Source: Mobula hypostoma (taxonomy: Eukaryota). Taken from it: a DNA stretch of 64,000 nt. The DNA is taken from the NCBI RefSeq assembly GCF_963921235.1, contig NC_086119.1, positions 35,836,001 to 35,900,000 on the forward strand, written 5' to 3'. Within the stretch, counting starts at the first letter, position 1, and every line of letters starts with the position of its first letter. A program made the translations under genes and the position numbers. The notes under the pieces were generated by a model, which saw only the letters and a list, made by a program, of their open reading frames with translations, was not told the DNA's origin and did no database searches. Below, piece by piece: positions 51,872 to 64,000 of the stretch.

Positions 51872-51928
51872 TCAGAGTTCTTCCAAAAAGGCCACTTGTG
51901 TCTTTGCAGTTACACTCTGTAAATTAAG
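51872..51928 (-). CDS. NF2: NF2-like terminal coding exon (LNLQSVTAKTQVAFLEEL*)
   Basis: caacag|CTT ... TGA; 57 nt; resembles the merlin isoform-1 tail LTLQSAKSRVAFFEEL. Confidence 0.9.
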   Translation of the reverse strand, partial: LNLQSVTAKTQVAFLEEL

Positions 51929-52129
51929 CTGTTGAATTAAAGCAAAAAACACATTAATAAATTGTTGAGAGAATATCTTTCAAATTTTTTCACGAACAAG
52001 TTTCCAAATAATATCCAAGTCTTATCCCTGTATTGTATTACTGTGTGGCAAGGTAACTTTCCTATGGAAAATACATGTGGCTACCAACAAAAAGGAGGGT
52101 TACATTAGTTGGAATGGTTTTAAATGCCA

Positions 52130-55100
52130 AGTTCATTCATTCAAGGATCAACTTTATTCGCCATATACTTTTACATTAACAGTGAATTACGGTAAACTGG
52201 AACACACTGGGCCCCAATACATTTTGGTCCAAATAAACAGCTGCCCTAATTAGCCAAAGTTTCATGGAAATAGTTGAGGTTTAAAAAAAAACTGTTCAAC
52301 TGAGTAACAAGTTGTGTATTTAAATGAAGTACAGATCAAGTTACATTATCAATACTACTACAGTACTATAAAACTGTATTAGCTCCTAATAGTTATCGAT
52401 TGAGGAATTCATCCAGAGTATGCTGCCATGTTCTTTTGATTGATTGTAAATGAACAAAATCAGCAGACACCTAGTGCAGAAAATGAACTAACTTCATACA
52501 ATGCTTTTGACAATTGCATGCTCCGAATCTTCATTTTCATTGAAACATTCAAAATGATTGTTGATACCTTCAAATCTTTGTAGTTCCTAACTTGAAACAG
52601 TGAAATCATTTCATTTTCACTTCTAGGTATTTCTGGCATGTCCAAGTCAGAATGCTTGAAACCACGGTGAACAAAACAATTCTAAATTGTCTTACTGCTC
52701 ATTTCTTGCCAACTATAAGTGACAAAGGTTACTGTTTTTTGAACCCAAAACGTCAGCATGACATATGCTGGTGATATTAAACCCAATCCTGATTCTGCAA
52801 CTGATGCTATTCAAAAACTGTTCACTGTAAGCACGGCAGAGTGTCAAACAGCCATACAAATGCACGCAACTGACGCTAGTCAGAAACTGTTCAGCAACAG
52901 TATCCAATCCCAATTAAGTGGTATGGTGCCCCAAATAAATGAAGAGAATGCTGGCTATTTTCTTTATTTTTGTTCTTTAAGAGTTGTCCCAAAGAAGCTG
53001 CTGCCTCTATTAACTGTGCAATTAACCAGAATCCACTGTATTCGGAATTGGTTGTGGTTTGTTGGCACTACTTGCAACATAAAACAACAACATGCAACTT
53101 TAGGGAATAAAAATAAAATTAGAAGCACTGATACCGAATAAATATGCATAAACGCACAAATATCAGAATTATTTAGTACAAGGTAAATTGTACTATAAAA
53201 AGTGCTCTAAAGTATTTTCAGTGCAGTGTACTAACTGAGGTAGTAGATAGAAGGGGTTGGGGGGTAGAGCTAACGAGAGTGGTCAATCAGATTAATTGCC
53301 TGGGTGAAGAAACTTTTAAAATCAAATTAGGTTTTTGTTTTATAGCCCTATATAGCACTTGCCAGAAGGGAACTTGTGGGTGAAGGAATTTGTGGGGTGG
53401 ATAGTGTGCCCAGAATGATTTTTCCTGCCTGCTTTCTTGTCTTGGACACATACAAGTCCTGCAGTGATGGTACACCGCAACTAATGACCTTTTCTGCTGT
53501 CCTGACAGTTTGCCGTAGTTTTCGCATATTGTGAGAGGATACAGCACCTTTATCAGACAGTAAGGGCTGATGTGAGGATATCCTCTACAATGGCAATGAA
53601 GAATTGCATGAGCATGTTCTGTGGAAGATGGAATTTTACCAACTGCCACAAGTAGTACATCCTCTTCCTAACATTTTTGTTAATGGAGCAGATACGGTTC
53701 TCCCACGAGGTCCTGTGAAATAATGAAGATCAGAAACCTGAATGTTGAAACTGTGCTAACTGTAGAGTTATTAATGATGAGTGGGTGGAACAGAAGTACA
53801 TTTCTCCTGAAGTCAATATATATCGCGATCGTTTTGAGGGCAATCAGCTCCAAGTTGTTGTGATTACAGCAGGACACTAAGCTTGTTTCCTTCCTTGTGG
53901 TACTTGGAGTTGTCGCGTCTGACAATTAGTTCAATGACAGTGGTGTCATCCACAAGCTATCAGATTAACTGATGGGTTCACTGGAGACACAGTCACTGGT
54001 GTATAAAGAAAATGGGAAGACACTCCTGTGGCGCATATCCCCACATCCTGACTGAGCAGGATATGGAGATGTGTAGCCTAGTCTCACATACTGCCTCCTG
54101 TCAGAGCAGAATTTGTTATCCACTGCAGATGGAACCTGGTATGTTAACTTTGGAGAATTTCTCTTGTAGAAGCTCAAGGATAATGGTATTGAAGGCTGAA
54201 CTGAAATCACGGGAGTATCAAGCCCAGACGAATGTTAACTGCATTACTCACAGATCTGTTGGCTCTGTAAGGCGAACTTCAGTGGATCTAAAAAAAAATT
54301 AGAGTTATAGATTTGAGAAATTATATGACTGGCCTTTCAAATGTCTTCATTGTGACTGATGTGAGTGCAACTGGCCTGTAGTCATTCAGTACAGTGATCA
54401 TTGAATTTTTTGGGGGGACTGGAGTAATAACATTTTTTGAAACATGCTAAACAGTTTAAGAGACTGATTGAAAATGATTCTGAAGACTTCGGACAGCTGG
54501 TTAGCACCATGTTTAAGAACTGCAGGGGAGATAGAGTCGGGGCTAGCAGCCTTGATATTTTGCTTCCTAAACAGCATTGTCACCTCCTCTTCCTTCACAA
54601 CAAAGGTGTCTGTCACTAGTGATGGTCTGCTGAATGGACACTAGAAGGGATCTTTGAAGTGTGATCTAGCTGCAGTGGAACGCGTTTAAATGATTAAGGA
54701 GGGGATGCCTTATTTTATCATTTGGAATGGATGGAAAGCTTCTCCAGACTAAAGAACAGTACTTTACAGATAACTGGTTCTCCAGATTGACTGAATATTG
54801 GCACTTGGCAGCTGTGATTGCCTTCTCCAGCTCTTACTTGGCCTTTTTGAAATCCCTGTTATCTCCACTCCTGTAAACCTCCTCCTTCTCCAGATGCAGC
54901 TGTCTAAGCTGTGTGTTGAACCAGGGTTTATTATTTCTAATGTTGGTGATTGTTTTAGTGCAGATGCAGGCATCTTCAATCGGCGGATCGGAACATTTTT
55001 AAAAATAGATGCAAGGTAGTTTCTTAGCAGCAGTGGTTTTATCATACCTTTTTTTTTAGAACTTTCAAATGTCTCAGATCCTCTTGCACACATGTAATTG

Positions 55101-55170
55101 AAAGCCAACATGCAAGTGCAACGAGCCATCCCAAAGGCAAAATGGTTATGATGGCTTCAGTTGAGGAGGT
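52130..55170 (-). mobile_element. Decayed Rex1/Babar LINE in the last NF2-like intron
   Basis: KAASPDSISPAVLKHGANQLSEVF..IFNQSL, FSLYTSDC, DDTT and NNLEL remnants; tail at ~52130-52160. Confidence 0.8.
52180..53038. mobile_element. Tigger/pogo-like MITE inserted in the Rex1 3' UTR
   Basis: Ends CAGTGAATTACGGTAAACTGG / CAATTAACCAGAATCCACTG-TA; reverse-orientation relative of 25893-27951. Confidence 0.75.
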
Positions 55171-55682
55171 TTTGAGAACACAAGTAACTATGCCTTTCTG
55201 CAATTATATGGGAACTCGGTGAGAATATTAGAGGAAAGATGCATGGATAGAGGAATAGTTGACAGGCAGGAAGTAGTGAGTGGAAATAAAGGTAACTTTG
55301 TTTGGTTGTCTGCCAGTGACTAGTGGTGTTCTCGGTGAGAAGGGTTAGGAGTCTTAATCTCCTAACCTTTGTTCAGAAAGTACATTGGAAATTCATTAGA
55401 CACGTTCCAGGTAGAGCAGATTTGTTATTATCGACAGTTTAAGGAGACCAGGGTAGAATTTTCTGGGCTTTATAAAACTGAACAATCCTCAGTGAAATGT
55501 AAAAAATTATTAGTGTTTGATCAGCTGGATGAAAGGCAGATATTTCCCCTTGCTGAGAAGTCTAGAATCATAGTTTGCAGTCTTAGAATAAGAGACAAGT
55601 CATTTAGGATTGAAACGAGGAATGAAATACAAGTGTGGCAAACCTTTGGCATTCTCAACTTCAATTTGTTTCAAATAGATAA

Positions 55683-58430
55683 AAGACCATAAGACCAAAA
55701 GACATAGGAGCAGAATTAAGCCATTCAGTCCATCAAGTCCGCTCCGCCATTTCATCATGGCTGATCCCAGATCCCATGCAACCCCATAGACCTCTCACCA
55801 TATCCCTTGATGTCCCAACCAATCAGGAATCTATCAACTTCTGCTTTAAATATACCCACAGACTTGGCCTCCACTGCAGTCTGTGGCACAGCATTCCACA
55901 GACTCATCACTCTTTGGGCTAAGATAATTCCTCCCTACTTCTGTTCTAAAAAGTCGCCCCTCAATTTTGAGACTGTGCCCTCTAGCTTTGGATACCCCCA
56001 GAGGAAACATCCTCTCCACATCCACCTCCTCTAGTCCTTTCAACATTTGGTAGGTTTCAATGAGATCCCCATGCATTCTTCTAAATTCCAGTGTGTACAG
56101 GCCCAAAGCTGCCAGACGCTCCCCATATGTTAACCCCTTCATTACTGCGATCACCCTCATGAACCTCCTCTGCATTCTCTCCAATGACAATGCATCCTTT
56201 CAGAGGTAAGTGGCCTAAATCTGTTGACAATACTCCCAGTGCAGCCCGACTATTGTCTTATAGTGCTGAAGGCTTTACCTCCTTGTTTTTAATATTTTAT
56301 TCCCTTTCAAATAAATGCCAACATTGAATTTGCCTTCTTTACCACAGACTCAACCTGTGAATTAACCTTCCGGGAGCCTTGCTCAAGACTCTCAATTCCC
56401 TTTGCACCTCTGATATTTGAACTTTCTCCCCACTTAGATAATACACTATGGATCCCTTTACCAAAATACATTATCATACATTTCCCAACACTGTATTCCA
56501 TCTGCCACCTTTTTGCTCATTCTTCCAATTTGTCCAAGTCCTGCTGCAATTACGTTGCTTCCTCAGCACTACCTACCCCTCCACATGTTTTCATATCATC
56601 CACAAACTTTGCCACAAAGCCATCAATTCCATTATCTAAATCACTGACAAATAATGTGAAAAGTAGCAGTCCCAAAACTGACCCCTGAAGAACACCACTA
56701 GTCACTGGCAGACAACCAAAGTTACCTTTATTTCCTTTACTTCCTGCCTGTCAGCTATTCCTCTATCCATGCATCTTTCCGCTAACACCATAGGATTTTA
56801 TCTTGTAAGCAGCCTCATGTGAGATACCTTATCAAATGCCTTCTGAAAATCTAAATAAATGACATCCACTGCCTCTCCATTGGCCACCATGCCTGATACT
56901 TCCTCAAAGAATTCTAACGGATTTGTCCGACAAGATTTCCCTTTACAGAAACCACGTTGACTTTGACTTATTTTATTATTAGCCTCCAAGTACCCCGAAA
57001 CTTCATCCTTAATAATGGACTCCAACACCTTCCTAACCAAATAACTGGCCCATAATTTACTCTTTTGTCTTTGTCCTTTCTTAAAGAGTGGAGTGACATT
57101 TGCAATTATCCAGCAAGTGATCCTTGAAAGATCATGACCAATGCATCCGTCACCTCTTCAGCAACCCCCTTCAGGACTCTAGGATGTAGTCCATCTAGTC
57201 CAGATGACTTATCCACCTCAAGAACTTTCAGTTTGCCTAGCACGTGTTCCTTTGTAATAGCAATAATAAAGCCAGCTCATCTGTCATTTCTTTGTCTCCC
57301 ATTGCTAACTCACCAGCATCATTTTCCAGTGGTCCAACATTAACTCTCACCTCCCTTTTATTCTTTATATAACTGAAAAAAACTTTTAGTATCCAGCTTT
57401 ATATTATCGACTAGTTTACCTTCATATTTCACCTTTGCCCTCCTTATAGCGCTAGTTGCCCTTTGTTGGATTTTAAAAGCTTGCCAATCATCCAACTTCC
57501 TACTCACTTTCACCACTTTATATGCCCTTTCCTTAGCTTTTATGCAGTAGCCACAGTTGCCTAGCCCTGCCATTTCTTCTGTGGGACACATATCAGTTCA
57601 GTTCGGTTTCAGTTTCCGTTTATTGTCATTTAGAAATGCATGCATTAAAAAATGATACAACGTTCTTCCAGAATGATCTCACAAGAAAACACAGGACAAA
57701 CCAAGACTAAACTGACAAAACCACAGAATTATAACATATAGTTACAACAGTGCAAAGCAATACCATAATTTGATAAAGAGCAGACCATGGGCACAGTAAA
57801 AAAAAGTCTCAAAGTCCCGATAGACTCATCATCCCACACAGGCAGCAGAAGGGAGGAACTCTCCCCTCCATGAACTTCCAAGTGCCAACTCGCCGATGCA
57901 GCATCATTGGCACCCGACCGCAGCGGACTCAAGTCTGTCCAAAAACTTCGAGCCTCCGACTAGCCCCTCCGACACAGCCTCTCCAAGCACCATCCTCTGC
58001 CGAACGCTTTGACTCCGCCCCGGCCGCTGAGCAACAAGCAAAGCCGAGGACTCAGGGCCTTCTCCTCCAGAGATTCTGGACCACACAGTAGCAGCAGCAG
58101 CAGCGAAGCAGGCATTTCAGAAGTTTCACCAGATGTTCCTCTGTGCTCTCACGTCCATCTCCATCAAATCAGGATTGTGCACAGCACCCTACTTGACAAA
58201 TAACAGACATCACCACCGGAGTGGCCGCTGCGAGCTGCGTCGCGCCGCCATCTTCACCATCATCCCACGCCTTGTGAACTATCCTCAGAAACTTCAGCCA
58301 CCTCTGTTCTGCTGTCATCCCCACCAGTATCTCCCTCCAACCACCTGGGCAAGCTCCTCTCATGACTCTGTAACTCCCTTTATTCCATTGCAATACTGAT
58401 ACATGTGATTTATCCTTCTCTCTCCAGATA
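55683..58430 (-). mobile_element. CR1 LINE ORF2 fragment
   Basis: SQRGFCKGKSC..AVDVIYLDFQKAFDKVSH, LERMQRRF, LGLYTLEFRRMHGDLIE; (TCTTATGG)n-like tail. Confidence 0.9.
57595..58256 (-). mobile_element. Non-autonomous LINE-derived element, copy 2, nested in CR1
   Basis: Starts GAAGATGGCGGCGCG, ends AATGACAATAAAC plus (GAACT)n; CpG-retaining; homologous to 45672-46290. Confidence 0.72.
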
Positions 58431-60310
58431 TTAATAGATTTCAGGTATTAAGGATTAAAATGGATATACAGACAGTGCAGGAAAATGACATTGTGGAGAT
58501 TGAGTAACATGCAGCCCAAAGCATTAAATAGTCCCACTCGTGTTCTTGATCCTTGTGTTTTATGTTCAATGTCCCCAAACACTCACCAATGAATTAATTA
58601 TTCTTTCTGGTGGTCATTATCATTTTCTTTTCAGGCAACCTCAAGTCAACTAGTGTTCGTAACAAAAAAATGAGTTGCTAGAGGAACGCAGTGGCTCAGC
58701 AATAACCAAGGTAGCAAAAGGATAGTCCTCCATAGAAACTGCATGACCCACTGGGTTCCTCAGGAGCTTGTATTTTGCTCAATATCCCAGCACAGTTCCA
58801 AATATACCAATACGAGAAGTAGCACTTTCTTAATCATTGATTGTAGGCAAAATGTTGATCAGGCCAGGAAAGAAAATCCTTCCCAGTTTTGCTAACTGTA
58901 CCAGAATACATTGCAATTATCTGAATGGTCAGATGAGGTCTATTTAATGGGTCACCCTTAAGACAGCACCTTGGACAATGCAACATCTGCTTAGAATGTC
59001 CTTAAGGTGTTAACTAGTCCTGGATTGACACTGGAGGCCTCAACCTTCTGACTGAAAGACACAGGAACTGGTACACAGCCATGTGGTCACCAGAACACAC
59101 TTCTGTTTTCAGCTTATAGTTGCCATCCATGATTTAACTCCATACTGCTTCACTCAGCTCATTTACTGTTCCAGGACATGGCCACGTTAAGGCTCTTCTG
59201 ACCAGGAGCCCATCTTCTATCTTTGATAAACTTAAACACATGCAAAATTCAACTCAAGTTCTTCATTAAAGTTGCAATCACCCATTACCATATGCTTCTG
59301 CAAGGTCCCCCAAGTATATCTTAAATTCTCCATTTTGTGTTCAATCCTTTCCATGGCCTCATCTTCCTCTATTACTAATCTAGAGCATCATAACTATATT
59401 AGGTATCTCCAGTTTAAGTGTGGGATTTTAGTAGAATACTAGTGGCCAAGGACCCAAGTTCTAGAACTTCCAAAATAACCCACTTCATTTTGTCAGCTCT
59501 ATTTCACCATTAAGACACAAAACATCTGCCTTAAGACCTCCTTATTTAATTCTATTTTATTAATAAAATTTTGTTTGATAGCACATTTCGTAGACTTTGG
59601 GCATCTTACGACATTAAAGAAACTACACAAGTATATGAATATTACAGAAACATGTACAGAACTATCATACAACAGTAACCTCCTCTTCCTTCACAACAAA
59701 GGTGTTGGGAGTAAAGACACATTTCTGTATTTTTCATTATTTTTGAACAGATTTGAATACAAACTATAAAATAATTCAGTTAAAATATGCTATAACAGGG
59801 CAATATCCTGAATGTATACATACATTAGATCCCATCTGGAATGAGATATAATTTGACATTCTGAAAACTATTTACTTCTTTGCAGTTATGATATCCCCAA
59901 TTTCAAGTCAGTGGGAGGCATCAGTAAATTAGGCTGAAGAGAGTTACATTTGAATAGTAATTGTTACAGGAATAGCTTTTTTTTTTATTTTTAAACACAG
60001 AGATATAAGGACACATACCAGGTAGGTGATAAAGTGCTACAAGAAATTTAAAACAGACAAAAGACTACCCAGATAATTATGTCAAGATGCAGAGAGATTG
60101 TTCTGTCCCAGTAAGGTGGACATGATAGATGATGTTCTTTAATTTCTTCACAAACTCAAATTGACAGAAAACAAGTTAATATACAAAACTACTTTTTGTT
60201 CTATCTTAATACTACTAGACTAATAAGCCAAAGAATCTTTACTGTTTTGCATTAAAGCAACATGCATTTAGAGGTAATACACAAGTACATATTCAAAAAA
60301 GAAAACTCAC

Positions 60311-60470
60311 ATTACTGAGTGGTGTGTAAGTATTATCAGAAAATTCCATGGTCTCACTGGTAGGGATGCCCATGTTAGCATGTCGTTCTTCTAATTTCAG
60401 AGCTTCAATTTCAGTTTTTAGTTCCTTCAACTGCTCTTGCAGGTGTTTGCTTTTTTCCATGTATTCCACA
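60311..60470 (-). CDS. NF2: NF2-like exon 15 equivalent ([29 protein letters not shown]...TPLSN)
   Basis: tcatag|T ... AAT|gtgagt; 160 nt; C-ERMAD motif. Confidence 0.96.
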
Positions 60471-60610
60471 CTATGAAGTAAATTAAAATTGTGCACGTTA
60501 TTTGCCTCTTCAAGGCGGCAAATATTATTAATTCTGAAGCTCATCTGATGCCACTGGCATGCAGTACATCCCCGGACGAACGCACAGGAGGTAGAAGTAC
60601 AGTAACTTAC

Positions 60611-60738
60611 CGTTCTCGCTCTATCTCCATGGATAGCCGCTTCATATCAGTATCCTTGAAGTCAAATTTAAAAGATCCAGATTCTAAGTTAAGATCACCA
60701 ACATCAGCAGGGGGATGAGCTGAATATGAAGCTATAAC
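60611..60738 (-). CDS. NF2: NF2-like exon 14 equivalent ([10 protein letters not shown]...[19 protein letters not shown])
   Basis: cttag|GTT ... CG|gtaagt; 128 nt; merlin signature [16 protein letters not shown] containing the Ser518 equivalent. Confidence 0.96.
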
Positions 60739-61063
60739 CTAAGTGAATCAGATTTAAAAGTTGAGACATCAGCTGTACTTCTTAAAGATCTTTTATCTAT
60801 TATGAATTCAGTATATTGCTAAACTAATTCAGTCAGCAAAATTAACTTCTGAGGTGCATTCACCATTTCATCACTAGACAAATTGCACATTATTCTGCAT
60901 TGTGCAAGTACATTCGTTCATAACAATGTAGAGAATCAATAATTCAGTACTAACCATATATGTGAAACATGAATGTCTTTTTTAAATGAATAAACTATGT
61001 TATTAAGTAAATTAAACATACATACACACAAAAAATACTTCCAAGTCATATTTTTGCATATAC

Positions 61064-61166
61064 CGGATAACTGGGTTTTGTAATCTCCAGCAGTCTATGC
61101 TTGGCTCTTCTCTCTGCCTCTCGAGCTTCAGTCAGATCTTGCTTGAGCTGTTCTGCTTCCTTAGAT
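61064..61166 (-). CDS. NF2: NF2-like exon 13 equivalent ([34 protein letters not shown])
   Basis: tttcag|A ... CCG|gtatat; 103 nt; phase fits the previous exon. Confidence 0.95.
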
Positions 61167-61635
61167 CTGAAATAAATATTTTTAAAGTAAAGATTGTATA
61201 ATAACACTATTCCATCACTACAAAACAATGCCAAGACATTCCTTCTGGAAATGATAAAACAACAGTGTGTTCCTAGTTTCAATGAGTCACTAAATCAACC
61301 ATCACTTAATTTTGCCCTATGATTACACGAGGAACCTTTAGACAATACCCATCAGAAAAAAAAACACCCATCACAAATGAAGGACCATTTAAGAGAATAT
61401 TATCTACTTGTGGAAGAGAGACAATGCCATTGCAATTATGTAGTAACCATGGCTCTCCTTTCTATTTTATGAAGTACTTGATAGTTTTCCAGCCACATTG
61501 ATTCAGGTTCACTTTCTGATTTCTAAATTCTGATCTCTTAAACTGGCCTGATCAACAGATAGGTTTGGGAAAGAATGCTGGCAAAAGAATGAATGAGAAA
61601 AGACTGACCGTTGTAGGATTTTCACATAATCATTA

Positions 61636-62240
61636 CTTAGAACGTAGAAATTCATAGCACATTACAGGCCCTTCAGCCCACAATGTTGTGCCAACCATGT
61701 AACCTACTCTAGAAACTGTCCGGAATTTCCCAACTGCATAGTCCTCTATTTTTCTAAGCTCCATGTACCTATCCAAGAGGCTCTTAAAATACCCTATTGT
61801 ATCTGCTTCCACCACCACCGCCGGCAGTGCATTCCATGCACCCACCACTCTCTGTGTGAAAAACTTACCCCTGACATCCCCTCAGTACCCATTTCCAAGC
61901 ACCTTAAAACTCTGCACCCTCATGTTAGCCACTTCAGCCTTGGAAAAAAGCCTCTGACTATCCACACGATCAATGCACCTCATCATCTTATACACCTCTA
62001 TCAGGTCACCTCTCATTCTCCATCACTCCAAGGAGAAAAGGTCAAGTGCACTCAACCTATTCTCAATAAGGTACTCCCTCCAATCCAGGCAACCTCCTTT
62101 TAAATCTCCTCCGCACTCCCTCTATGGTATGCACATCCTTCCCGTAGTGAAGTGACCAGAACTGAACACAGTGCTCCACATGAAGTATGACCAAGGTCTT
62201 ATATAGCTGTAACATTACCTCATGGCTCTTGAACTCAATT
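61636..62240 (-). mobile_element. CR1 LINE 3' fragment
   Basis: Same subfamily 3' end as 22700-23328 (VGAWNALPAVVVEADTIG). Confidence 0.88.
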
Positions 62241-62371
62241 ACACTTAATGTGAACTGATTTAACTACAGGTTTAGCAGTCACCCTCTGACGACACTGACT
62301 TCCACAAAATATACTGCATGTCATTTATCATATAGGCAAACAGATGTCTTCCAAAATGCAAGCTAACCAAC

Positions 62372-62589
62372 CTCCTCTCTGATTCCTCCACAAGCTTAAC
62401 AGCTATCAACTCTGCTTCTCGCATCTTCTGTTCCATTAGACGCTTTTCCTCTTTTGTCTTCAAGGCTGTGACTTCCAACCTTTGTCGCTCCTGCTCTGCT
62501 TCTGCAGCTTTCTGAGCGAGCAGCTTGGCCTCCTCTTCTGCAATCTGTGCCTTCTCAGCAAGCAAGTCAGCAGTCTCCTCTGATCGTAT
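62372..62589 (-). CDS. NF2: Merlin/NF2-like exon equivalent to human exon 12 ([34 protein letters not shown]...EESERR)
   Basis: Merlin coiled-coil sequence; cttag|ATA ... AG|gttggt; 218 nt. Probably a paralog rather than the strict ortholog (see findings). Confidence 0.95.
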
Positions 62590-62669
62590 CTAAGAAAAAG
62601 CATTAACTTCCTGAATACATATCAGTATGTGATAAAACTTCAGCCTTACCCATGGTCTGTAAACTCAAA

Positions 62670-64000
62670 AGAGAATCACAATCAGGTTTGACAGAGGAGT
62701 ATGTCATGAAATGTGTTAACTTTATGGCAGCAGTACATTGGAATACATGGTAAATAAATATCATTGTATTAAGTATATGTCAATTAAGTAGTTAAGTTAA
62801 AATAAGTGGTGCAAAAATCAGAAATAAAAGTAGTGAGGTGGTGTTCATGGGTTCAATGTCCAATTAGAAACTGGCAGAGGAGAAGAAGCTACTCCCAAAT
62901 CATTGAGTGTGTACCTTCAGACTTCTGTACCTCCTTCCTGACAGTAACAATGAGAAGAGGGCAGGTCCTGGATGGAGGGGGTCCTTAATGATGGATGCTG
63001 CACTACTCCCTGAAGATGCTTTGGATACTACAAAAGCCAATACCCACGATACAGCTGACTACAAGTTTTGGCAACTTAATTCCATCCTGTGCAGTAGCCC
63101 TACCTCCCAATACCAGATGGTGATGCAGACAATCAGAATGCTCTCCACAGTACACTTGTAGAAGTTTTCAAGTGTTGCAGTTGACAAATCTCCTCAAACT
63201 CCTAATGAAATATAGCAGCCGTCTTGCCTTCTTTATTACTGCGTCAATATGTTGCAAAAAGGTTAGGTCTTCAGGGATATTGACACTCAGGAACTTGAAA
63301 TTGTTCACTCTTTCCACTTCTGATCCCTCTAGGAGGACTGGTGTGTGCTTCCTTGCCCTGCTCTTTCTGAAATCCACAGTTCTTTGGGCTTAGTGACATC
63401 GAGTGCAAGGTTACTGCTGTGGCAGCACTCAACTAGCTGATATATCTCTCATCACCATCTGAAATTCTGCCTTGCCAACAGGAGTTGTGTCATCAGCAAA
63501 TTTATAGACGGCATTTGAATCTGAATTCTCTACGTTCATAATAAGATAGATGAATAAACAGCATAATATATTGACATGGAATACGACTCCTTGAAGATGA
63601 TCACGCCAGTTAGAATGCTCTCCACAGTACATCTGTAGAAATTTGCGAGGGTCTTTGGTGACATTACAAATCTCCTCAAACTCCGAATGAAATATAAACC
63701 ACTGTCATGCTTTCTTTGCAGCTGCATTGATATGTTGGGCCCAGGAAAGATCCTCAGAGATGCTGACACCCAGGAACTTGAAATTGCACACTCTTTCCAC
63801 TTCTGATCCCTCTGTGAGGATTGATTAGTGTTCCCTCATCTTACCCTTCCTGAAGTCCACAATCAGATATTTGGTACTGCTGAAAATGAGTGCAAGGATG
63901 TTGCTGGGACATCATTGAACTAATTGGTATATCTCGCTCCTGTACGCCCTTTTTTCACCATTTGAAATTCTACCAACAATGGCTGTATCATCAACAAATT
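62670..64000 (-). mobile_element. Two adjacent decayed Rex1/Babar fragments
   Basis: The segment GSEVERV..FKFL..DL / LYFIRSLRRF occurs twice (63130-63510 and 63610-64000). Confidence 0.85.

Noticed and set aside
60293-60310. Alternative NF2-like C-terminus VSFLF* by read-through of the exon-15 donor
   Set aside because: Strong GTGAGT donor and a proper terminal exon exist; nothing supports intron retention.

Overview
This is vertebrate genomic DNA, not microbial. The repeat content (CR1, Rex1/Babar, L2, Penelope, tRNA-SINEs) suggests a cartilaginous fish, probably a ray; that assignment is inference. Three spliced genes could be reconstructed by hand with GT-AG junctions and consistent phases. 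(1) TYW1 on the minus strand: coding exons 1-7 at 29682->8410, with the rest apparently left of the window. (2) A complete 5-exon, 250-aa SBDS on the plus strand (37316-47256), head-to-head with TYW1. (3) The last five coding exons of a merlin/NF2-like gene on the minus strand (62589->51872), convergent with SBDS. The rest is mostly transposon debris, often nested. Main points of interest: the NF2-like gene looks like the ohnolog mammals lack; Penelope termini carry intact-looking minimal hammerhead ribozymes; the ~7.6 kb between the TYW1 and SBDS start codons holds a young RNase H-bearing I/Nimb-type LINE and a DNA-transposon-derived, apparently spliced, intact 213-aa ORF; TYW1 exon 1 encodes a signal-peptide-like N-terminus; and a two-part 35-bp G-quadruplex-type minisatellite sits just upstream of the SBDS ATG. 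Family names come from motif recognition only. No searches were run, and repeat boundaries are approximate unless a TSD or TIR is quoted.
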